Below, piece by piece: positions 45,182 through 52,299 of a stretch of 52,299 nucleotides of DNA (positions within the stretch are counted from its first letter, which is position 1; every line of letters begins with the position of its first letter). A program made the translations under genes and the position numbers. The DNA is from a virus (Duplodnaviria > Caudoviricetes). The stretch lies in IMG/VR virus record IMGVR_UViG_3300030450_003597, positions 1 through 52,299 of that record; one strand, given 5' to 3'. The notes under the pieces are model-generated. The model was not told the DNA's origin. It was given only the letters and a program-made list of their open reading frames with translations, and made no database searches.

Positions 45182-47403
45182 TATTTCTCTCCTTTAGCTG
45201 CTCCTTTTCCACCAGAAGGAGGTGAGCTTTGTTGTTTTGCAGATTCTCTAATCTGCTGTTTGATAGTGGACAAGTTATCGTCAAGTCGTTTTTCATAAAG
45301 GGTACCTGCAGACTTAGCTTTATTACTAACTTGGTCAAGGTCTCCTTTAAACTTCTCAACTTCAACTCTTTTTCTAAGATTTACTGCTTCACGGTCACGT
45401 GTTTGTAAATCTCCTTTAAGTTTTTTATTCTCTTCTTGAGATTGTTCTAATGCTTGTTGTAATTGCTGTATTATATCAGTCCTTTCCATTACACCTTCCA
45501 TATCAAAAACTTCTGTTTTCTTAAGAACTTCTTGTCTATCTATAATACCTTTTTGATATGCATCCATATAAAACTCAAGTTCAGCATATCTATTAGATGG
45601 TAGAGTAGACCCAGCTACTACAATAACATCATACTTACCTATAGTAATATCATTCATTACTTTGATTTCATCTGTTTTATCATCAACAAGCTTTTTATTT
45701 ATAACATATTCATTAATAGAATTGTTAGGTTGAACTACTCTAAATATCTTTTGACTAGTATATAGTTGCTGCATTAAAGGTATTGCCACTTGACCTACTC
45801 TAGTTAAAGAAGCTTCAATATCAGCTAGTTTAGACTTCATTTTTCTTTGACCAAATTCATCTATACTTATAGTTGCTTTATATGTTTGAGGAGCAGCTTG
45901 TGCGTTACCCATCATCATTTCATATAAACCTAAAGCATGGTCAATATCATTTTTAGCAGTAGTCTCATTTTGGTATAATTCATTAGGAAGAGGCGTGGGC
46001 TGAACTGGCATAGGAGCTCCATCTGTGGGGTCATAGGGGATTGCAACTCCAGGTTGAGCCCATTTCTCTTCAAAATCTTTCATATCAACACTTCCTTCAG
46101 GTACCAATATCTTAGTATTTGTACTTGTTGTAGCATGAGCTATTATCAAAGAACGTGTTTTATTAATGTATTCTTGTAATCCTTTAATCATCCTTACATC
46201 AGAAACTGGATAAGGAGTTCTAGTATGAACATTCATAATAGGAACTAAAGGATATTTATCTAAAGGTAAAATTCTTGAATATAAATGTTTATTCCCTACA
46301 ATAACACATTGTTTTACTTTTTTACTTGATATTTTAACTATATCAATCTCTCCACCTTCAATAAGCTGCATAAATGTTATTTGCTCTAATGATATTTCAG
46401 GTACTTCATTTTCAGCTAACTTTTCAGCTTCTTCTGGAGAATATCCAGCATATAATAATTCTTCACCTTTTTGTAGAAGAATTTCTTGTCTTTTTACAAT
46501 TAATTGTTCGTATAACTTAGTAGCATCTTGCTCACTAGTCATTATTTGTCCTTGGATAATCCAAGCTGGTCTTTCAGAGTAAATCTTATAAGCATCTTCA
46601 TCTAATAACTCTTCTTTACCAGAAAACTTTTCAAATGTTCTATATTCAGTTACATCAACTTTATAATATCTTTCATATCCTCTGATATAATTCTGATTAT
46701 CTAATCTACCTACATCTTCTGGGAATTGAACTTCACCATCATCTTCGCGTACGGTAGATGGAGCATTAAAATCAAATCGAGTGCCACTATCATCACCAGC
46801 ATTATCAATAGCCTTTTCATACATAGGCCACATCTTCTTAGCTTGGTCTTTAGTAAATAACTTAGATATGATTATATTTTCAGCATCATCAAAAAGCTTA
46901 TGACGACTATTAGGGTCTACATAAACATCTAATGGGTCTACATCATGAAAACAAACTTCGCCTTTCCCCATGTCCATCATAGGGTCTTGGTATACATGTA
47001 GATAACCTACACCCATAACGTAATAATCATCTACTGCTTGTCTTATAGCACTTCTTCCATCTGATATATCGTACATATAAGTCAAGAGAGCACTCATAAC
47101 CTGAGCAACCTTATTGTCAGAATCTTCTCTAGGAGCAGCTCTAAAAGAAGGTCTATTCGCAGTTAACATAGCTTTAGCAGATTCTACTGCTGGATGAACT
47201 CTATTTATAACAATAGGAGCTTGACCTCTAGATTCTAAGGTTTCTCTTTGTTCTGCAGTCCATTGTCTTCCAAGACGAAACTCTTTATCTTCTTTTGCCT
47301 GATTAGCCCAAGTGTCCCTCTTACTAGAGTACTTGTCAAATAGGTCTAAAGTTTCAGTGACTATGTTTTCTGCAGGTTTACCATCTTTTTTGGTATATGC
47401 CAT
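45181..47403 (-). CDS. Portal protein (P22-like)
   Basis: F..G.QW, APIVINR, YVDP, LQEYINK, GKYDV motifs; follows the terminase. Confidence 0.9.
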   Translation of the reverse strand: MAYTKKDGKPAENIVTETLDLFDKYSSKRDTWANQAKEDKEFRLGRQWTAEQRETLESRGQAPIVINRVHPAVESAKAMLTANRPSFRAAPREDSDNKVAQVMSALLTYMYDISDGRSAIRQAVDDYYVMGVGYLHVYQDPMMDMGKGEVCFHDVDPLDVYVDPNSRHKLFDDAENIIISKLFTKDQAKKMWPMYEKAIDNAGDDSGTRFDFNAPSTVREDDGEVQFPEDVGRLDNQNYIRGYERYYKVDVTEYRTFEKFSGKEELLDEDAYKIYSERPAWIIQGQIMTSEQDATKLYEQLIVKRQEILLQKGEELLYAGYSPEEAEKLAENEVPEISLEQITFMQLIEGGEIDIVKISSKKVKQCVIVGNKHLYSRILPLDKYPLVPIMNVHTRTPYPVSDVRMIKGLQEYINKTRSLIIAHATTSTNTKILVPEGSVDMKDFEEKWAQPGVAIPYDPTDGAPMPVQPTPLPNELYQNETTAKNDIDHALGLYEMMMGNAQAAPQTYKATISIDEFGQRKMKSKLADIEASLTRVGQVAIPLMQQLYTSQKIFRVVQPNNSINEYVINKKLVDDKTDEIKVMNDITIGKYDVIVVAGSTLPSNRYAELEFYMDAYQKGIIDRQEVLKKTEVFDMEGVMERTDIIQQLQQALEQSQEENKKLKGDLQTRDREAVNLRKRVEVEKFKGDLDQVSNKAKSAGTLYEKRLDDNLSTIKQQIRESAKQQSSPPSGGKGAAKGEK

Positions 47404-47419
47404 ATGCTTAATTTACGCA

Positions 47420-48919
47420 TTACATTGTCATCCAATCAAGAGTTTTCTTTGGATTTCTCCATTCATCTTCTGATAATTTAGCAAATTCTTTAACTCTACA
47501 TGGCTTTGCACCATCTAAAGCAGTCCAAATAGCATCCATTATATCATCATGCTTACCCTTCGGATAAGATAAAAACTCTTGTTGTGCTTTTATATCTTCT
47601 GGTCTAAAGAAGAACGTTCCTTTAGCAAACAATGGAACTAGCGATAATAACCTTTCTGATTTACTATTTCTTGGTTTTACACCAGATTCTAAACCTGGTA
47701 TATAAATATTTTCTTCTCTCATAAGTTCTCTAACCGCAGTTCTTAAAGCTTCTTGATACCCTACTGTCTCAACTTTAACTCTACGAGGTTTAAACTTTTT
47801 ATAAACATCTATTATCTTTTGAGGCTGTTCAGCTGGAGATATTCTATCTCTATAAATATCCACTATATATTTATTATTCTCATTATCAATAGCAATAGTG
47901 GTGATAACAAAGTAGTCAGCCCTAGTAGATAAAGAAGATGCAGGGTCCACTCCAGTATACAATTCCACCGGTCTTGTTTCTTCATTTTCTAATCCTTTAT
48001 TTTTAATTAGACAATTCTGACCTTGAATTCTATCATATTCATAATGATGCATTTTAATCCAATCTGGTTGGAAAGGAGCATCATCAGGAGATTGGGCTAT
48101 ATTCATGTATTCCTGATAGAATCCATTAATATTTCCTACGGACGAAAACTCGTCCTTTATGGCCAATATCCTTTCTCTAGGGAATCTCTCAGGCCAAATA
48201 CTTTTTTCATCTTCATTCCAAATAGAATACCAAAGAACATTCCATGCTGATGATTCTTTAGCCCAGCATAAGAAGCAATCTTCTGATATTACCGTACCAA
48301 TCATAGCGATTCTACCTTCATCTGATAATGAGGGTATAACAGCTTCTGTCATCCACTTTCTATTTTTAGCTCTAGCTTCAGGGGTATATGCATTAAGCTC
48401 TGATTCGAAATCATCTACTACAATTAAATTAGGACGAGTATCACCTTCTATAAAACCCCTAACTCTCTGACCTGTACCCACTGCTATAATACGAGTACCA
48501 TTAGCAAGTACTACATCTGTATGAGTCCATCTTCTAGCTGTATTTGGTCCCATATCTCCAAATATTTGTTTAAATCTATCGGAGTGAGTTAAATGATATT
48601 TAATTCTAGATAAGAAGTTTATAGATTGAGCTTGTGATTCTGATATTATAACCATAAATAAGTCTTCATCAGACTTTTTAAATGCTGCTTTCCAAAGAGG
48701 GAATATAAGTGTAGTAACAGTAGATTTTGCTGTACCTCTAGGTGCAGCTATTAAAACCCTACGTTTATCATCATTTGATAAATTTGCATACACCTCATTA
48801 TGGAATGGGGGTGTTGCTTTTTTAAGGGCAGTAGGAAAGCAATGCTTACCAAATAAAGCCATGTTGTTACGAAGCTTTTTAAGTGCTTGTAACTGCTCAT
48901 ATTTTTCCTCGTAATCCAC
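47420..48919 (-). CDS. terL: Terminase large subunit
   Basis: APRGTAKST, IVVDDFE, GVDPA, HDDIMDA. Confidence 0.95.
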   Translation of the reverse strand: MDYEEKYEQLQALKKLRNNMALFGKHCFPTALKKATPPFHNEVYANLSNDDKRRVLIAAPRGTAKSTVTTLIFPLWKAAFKKSDEDLFMVIISESQAQSINFLSRIKYHLTHSDRFKQIFGDMGPNTARRWTHTDVVLANGTRIIAVGTGQRVRGFIEGDTRPNLIVVDDFESELNAYTPEARAKNRKWMTEAVIPSLSDEGRIAMIGTVISEDCFLCWAKESSAWNVLWYSIWNEDEKSIWPERFPRERILAIKDEFSSVGNINGFYQEYMNIAQSPDDAPFQPDWIKMHHYEYDRIQGQNCLIKNKGLENEETRPVELYTGVDPASSLSTRADYFVITTIAIDNENNKYIVDIYRDRISPAEQPQKIIDVYKKFKPRRVKVETVGYQEALRTAVRELMREENIYIPGLESGVKPRNSKSERLLSLVPLFAKGTFFFRPEDIKAQQEFLSYPKGKHDDIMDAIWTALDGAKPCRVKEFAKLSEDEWRNPKKTLDWMTM

Positions 48920-49668
48920 TAATCTTCGCTTTTAGTGGTAGTCTTAGTAGCAATAAGCTTTTCTTCTTCTTCTCTAAGCTCATCTATTAATTTAACATTA
49001 CTAGTAGCTTCAATAGATTCTACTGTCTTAACAAGATGTTTGTCTTTCATACCATGCATATCTTGCAGATTATCAACAGCTCTCATTAAGTTAGTAACAT
49101 CACCTTTGTCTTTAGCTTTTTTAATAGTTTCTTCAAGTAATTCTAAAGTATAAGCCTCTGTTAGGCCATGGTCTTGAAGTAACTTTTGTAGTTCATCTCT
49201 TACCATATCTTTAAATTTCTCCTTCTTCATTCTCTTCTTCCACATAATCTTTTGATTATCAGTTGGATTGTCTAGAACGTGATTGATTGTTTTATCGTAA
49301 TCCATGGTCTGAGCATAGACCATAGCTAGATTTTTCATTTTCTGTCCGCCTGACAGCACTTCCCAATGAGTTTTTCCAGATATTGTATTATTAGCCTTCC
49401 TCCCTGAAGCAATAAGCTTAGAGGAGCTATAATTAGGATTATAAAAAGTATAACCATAGGGAAGACGAATATAGATGCTAGTAGGCTTATAAGTGGACTT
49501 AGTGATGACTTTAGCCACGTATTCATCATCGGAGATTGCGTAATCTCCTTGCTCAGCTTCTCTCCAGGCCTTGTATATAATCTTTCTTTCATCTGCTTCC
49601 TCTTTTCTATAAATCTTGTAAGAAGTAGGCTCTTTATCCCCTTTATGATGAATGTCTATAGTATACAT
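48919..49668 (-). CDS. Putative terminase small subunit
   Basis: Directly upstream of and coupled to terL; helical C-terminal half. Confidence 0.45.
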   Translation of the reverse strand: MYTIDIHHKGDKEPTSYKIYRKEEADERKIIYKAWREAEQGDYAISDDEYVAKVITKSTYKPTSIYIRLPYGYTFYNPNYSSSKLIASGRKANNTISGKTHWEVLSGGQKMKNLAMVYAQTMDYDKTINHVLDNPTDNQKIMWKKRMKKEKFKDMVRDELQKLLQDHGLTEAYTLELLEETIKKAKDKGDVTNLMRAVDNLQDMHGMKDKHLVKTVESIEATSNVKLIDELREEEEKLIATKTTTKSED

Positions 49669-49928
49669 TACCAATCAATGCCTTGTCTTCCCCATATTGG
49701 ATGAGTAGGGCCAGTTTGACCATCTATCCACTCATCTGCTCTTCCCCACCTAACATCTTCCTCCGCCATCTTATCTATTTTTTTATTTACTCTTTTATTA
49801 GCTTTAGGAAGAGCTCTTTTTATTTGCTTTGAACTAAATCCTAATTTCTTAGCCAATTTAGGACCATGCCTTAGTCCATGTTTCATTATCAGCGATGATA
49901 ATATCTTTACTATCGCACTTGCTGCCAT
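49668..49928 (-). CDS. Hypothetical basic protein
   Basis: AGGAG RBS. Confidence 0.6.
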   Translation of the reverse strand: MAASAIVKILSSLIMKHGLRHGPKLAKKLGFSSKQIKRALPKANKRVNKKIDKMAEEDVRWGRADEWIDGQTGPTHPIWGRQGIDW

Positions 49929-49963
49929 AATTTTCTCCTGTTTACTTGACCTTATTAAAAGTT

Positions 49964-50497
49964 TTATCTCTCTGAAAAGGCACTATTTACTCGATTATAG
50001 TTTTCCATAGTCATATCCATTAAATCATTCTCAACTGGTATAAAGGACTCTGCTCTATTTATAGTAGCCGTATCTGGTTTTGTATGATGAAAGCTATAAT
50101 AAGCATCTCTTCTTGTTTTTAAATTTCCCAAGCCTATCTCTTGTAACATTGGGTCTGAACCTTTTTGAGCAAATATATTCCCAAAGAACATAGCATCAGC
50201 CTCATCATCAGACCAATCTTGAGGATTATTTGATATAGAGTTTATAACCTTTTTATCATAACCCATGTTCTTTAACCTTCTTTTTGCTGTTTTAACAGAA
50301 CTATCTGTGAATTGATAAACTCCTTTAGCAGTAGATGCAAGTGTTCCATCTTTCTTTCTAGGAACAGCCATAATTCTATTATCAGACTCTATATGTCTGA
50401 CTTGCATAGCCCATTCCTTAAAATTCTTATATGCATTCATTAAATTGGAACCATCAAAGCCGATTCCTTTTAAAAGATTAACTAAAAAGTTATCCAT
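49964..50497 (-). CDS. Lysozyme/transglycosylase-fold protein
   Basis: IES...STAKGVYQF resembles the SLT/goose-lysozyme E-S and GxxQ motifs. Confidence 0.6.
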   Translation of the reverse strand: MDNFLVNLLKGIGFDGSNLMNAYKNFKEWAMQVRHIESDNRIMAVPRKKDGTLASTAKGVYQFTDSSVKTAKRRLKNMGYDKKVINSISNNPQDWSDDEADAMFFGNIFAQKGSDPMLQEIGLGNLKTRRDAYYSFHHTKPDTATINRAESFIPVENDLMDMTMENYNRVNSAFSER

Positions 50498-51276
50498 TAT
50501 CTTCTATTTTTACCTAGAAGTTCGTATTGATAAGCTTGATATATGGGATTAAGTGGGTTCATAGCCTGTTTAAAATAATCGTCATCTTCATCTTCTATTG
50601 TAATATCTACTGCAGAAGGTGGGGCTCCATACATAATATCTGCAGCCTCCTGATAACCTCCTGGACCTAATGTTGCAGGTATATCGGCATTTATACCAGG
50701 AATTTGTTCAGTTTGTGGAACTATTTCCCCTTCATTATTATAAGTCTTTGGTACCTCGGTACCATCACCAGAAGCTAAGGCTCCATAACCTCCTGGACCC
50801 AAGACTGAAGAATCTCTAGCACTTTTCTCTTCTTTAATATCTTTTTGCTGCTCTTTATTTGTTTGATATACTTTATCTAGATTACTAGTATCTTTTCCCC
50901 TTATTTTATCCAGAGTCTCCTGTTGCTCTAGATTTCTTTTCTCTTGTACAAGATTCCTAGCTATATTATCCAACTCATCCTCTACTGTTTCAGTCGCTGT
51001 ATTTGGGCCTATAGCCCATTGAACTTGCTCTGGTCTATCAGGTATCTGATAAAGAGGAGGTTTTGAACCTGGAATAACTCTATTATCCTCTTTTGGAGAG
51101 AACCATTTAGATAAAAGACCTCTGCCTTCAGAGAATAAGTCTTGCAATGGAGTTCCTCTTGCAGCTAGTTTTGCTTCTCTTGCAGCCTGCAGTTCAGCTA
51201 ATTCCTCTTCAGTCAATCTAGTCCCAGGCCATCTTGGGGCTTCGTCTTTTCGTATCTCTTCCATTGTTCTGCTCAT
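50497..51276 (-). CDS. Hypothetical acidic, likely disordered protein
   Basis: AGGAG RBS; internal LGPGGY repeat (two copies). Confidence 0.65.
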   Translation of the reverse strand: MSRTMEEIRKDEAPRWPGTRLTEEELAELQAAREAKLAARGTPLQDLFSEGRGLLSKWFSPKEDNRVIPGSKPPLYQIPDRPEQVQWAIGPNTATETVEDELDNIARNLVQEKRNLEQQETLDKIRGKDTSNLDKVYQTNKEQQKDIKEEKSARDSSVLGPGGYGALASGDGTEVPKTYNNEGEIVPQTEQIPGINADIPATLGPGGYQEAADIMYGAPPSAVDITIEDEDDDYFKQAMNPLNPIYQAYQYELLGKNRR

Positions 51277-51285
51277 TCAATTCTC

Positions 51286-51621
51286 CTAAAATCTGTAATT
51301 TATGCCCAGACTACTGGTATCACCCTTCTTTCCAAAGCTAAAACCTAGCTTCTTAGTAGGACTATAAAGTAAATTTTGTTTTAAAACATCTAATTTAACA
51401 CTATCTGGTAACATTTTCTCTAAAAAAGGATTAATATGTCTATCGAGAAGAGATTTACCAAGCATACCCTTAAAAAGCAAGCTAGGGTCACCCTTTACTT
51501 GCTCTGCAGCATCTGATAGCTTATCCCTTTTTTGAACCCCTTTGTATAACAATTCAGCCCAAACAGGAGAAACACCCCTGTCAAACGTTGATTGTGTGAA
51601 TATGTCTTTATTAGCGCTCAT
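51286..51621 (-). CDS. Hypothetical protein, first gene of the virion arm
   Basis: GAGG RBS; ends in beta-strand-like LGINYRF. Confidence 0.65.
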   Translation of the reverse strand: MSANKDIFTQSTFDRGVSPVWAELLYKGVQKRDKLSDAAEQVKGDPSLLFKGMLGKSLLDRHINPFLEKMLPDSVKLDVLKQNLLYSPTKKLGFSFGKKGDTSSLGINYRF

Positions 51622-52067
51622 ATACCTCTATAATATAAGTCTAATTATGCTTTAAGTACAAGAACTTATTTGGTTTTAGTTATTCCCTTTACATAAGCTC
51701 TATTATAGCTTTATATAACCTATATATACACCTATGGTATAAAATAATCAAAAAAATATATTATGCAAGACTTTTTTTAAAAAATATCAAATAACCTTTT
51801 TCTCGTCGGAAACCGTTGAAAAACCTATTTCAAAAGGAAGAAAAGGAAGTATACTTCACCCCTAACTCATTTTCAAAAAAATTATTCTAGAATGTGAACA
51901 CTAGATATACCTACTTGGGTACCCCTTGAAATTTAGGTGCCAGGGGGTAGTACCTCGTTGAAATTTCAATGACTGCTCGCTCGCATACCGCGAGCTTCGC
52001 ACCACTGTTATCTGTGCTATTAAAATAATTTAAATTAACAGCTCTATGAGCAGAAAGGATAATAGCA
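51622..52067. promoter_or_regulatory. Divergent control region (promoters; possible origin or packaging site)
   Basis: Non-coding gap between the divergent arms, with A/T tracts, direct repeats and a palindrome. Confidence 0.55.
51632..51661 (-). promoter_or_regulatory. Sigma70-like promoter of the virion arm
   Basis: TTGTAC-18 nt-TATATT; same TATATTATA core as the promoter at 23822-23850. Confidence 0.45.
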
Positions 52068-52299
52068 ATGGATAAATTATTTGAAAGATTATTGGAACTT
52101 GGGGTTAGCGTAATGATTCCAACGAAAAAGGGAGTTCTTATTCCTGCAGAGGAAGTTGTTACTCGTTCGTTGGATATAGCAGAGTTAAAACCCCTAGTTC
52201 CATCGGGTTATACTATCACTGTATTGCCAAAGCAGTATAGGGACGACCCTTGTGGCTCTTATTTCATTGGCTTAGCTCGTGAAGTTAATCCCAAGGATA
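52068..52299 (+). CDS. Hypothetical protein, truncated at the window edge (MDKLFERLLELG...)
   Basis: AAAGGA RBS; open for 77 codons to the window end. Confidence 0.7.
   Translation, partial: MDKLFERLLELGVSVMIPTKKGVLIPAEEVVTRSLDIAELKPLVPSGYTITVLPKQYRDDPCGSYFIGLAREVNPKD

Noticed and set aside
45165-45365. 66-aa - strand ORF overlapping the portal 3' end
   Set aside because: Alternate frame inside the portal gene, with no independent support.
13096-49592. + strand ORFs in the track that lie inside the large - strand genes (e.g. 13096, 17535, 20889, 40848, 48159)
   Set aside because: Antisense shadows of real genes, with no evident RBS or motifs.
1-52299. Stop-codon reassignment as in some crAss-like phages
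   Set aside because: Genes up to 9.4 kb are intact in the standard code, and TAA, TAG and TGA all end genes at sensible positions.

Overview
AT-rich tailed-phage genome, probably complete or nearly so: the ORF running off the right end appears to continue at position 1. There are two convergent arms. The + strand arm (about 52068 to 12687, across the join) holds small early genes, a four-gene ubiquitin-like conjugation operon (Ubl-E2-JAB-E1), a tandem array of stem-closed structured elements, an AAA ATPase/SSB/primase-helicase module and nucleases. The - strand arm (51621 to 12684) holds terminase, portal, scaffold, major capsid, decoration/adaptor genes, a tail fibre, lysis-like membrane genes, a 3100-aa tail protein, internal virion proteins and a 3154-aa virion RNA polymerase with a DLDGD motif. 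I found no DNA polymerase, integrase, tRNA or CRISPR. The top leads are (1) a complete phage-borne ubiquitination pathway in BilABCD gene order and (2) a TAAAATT-punctuated array of structured RNA-like units with shared closing stems and variable interiors. All calls come from motif reading only; no searches were run.
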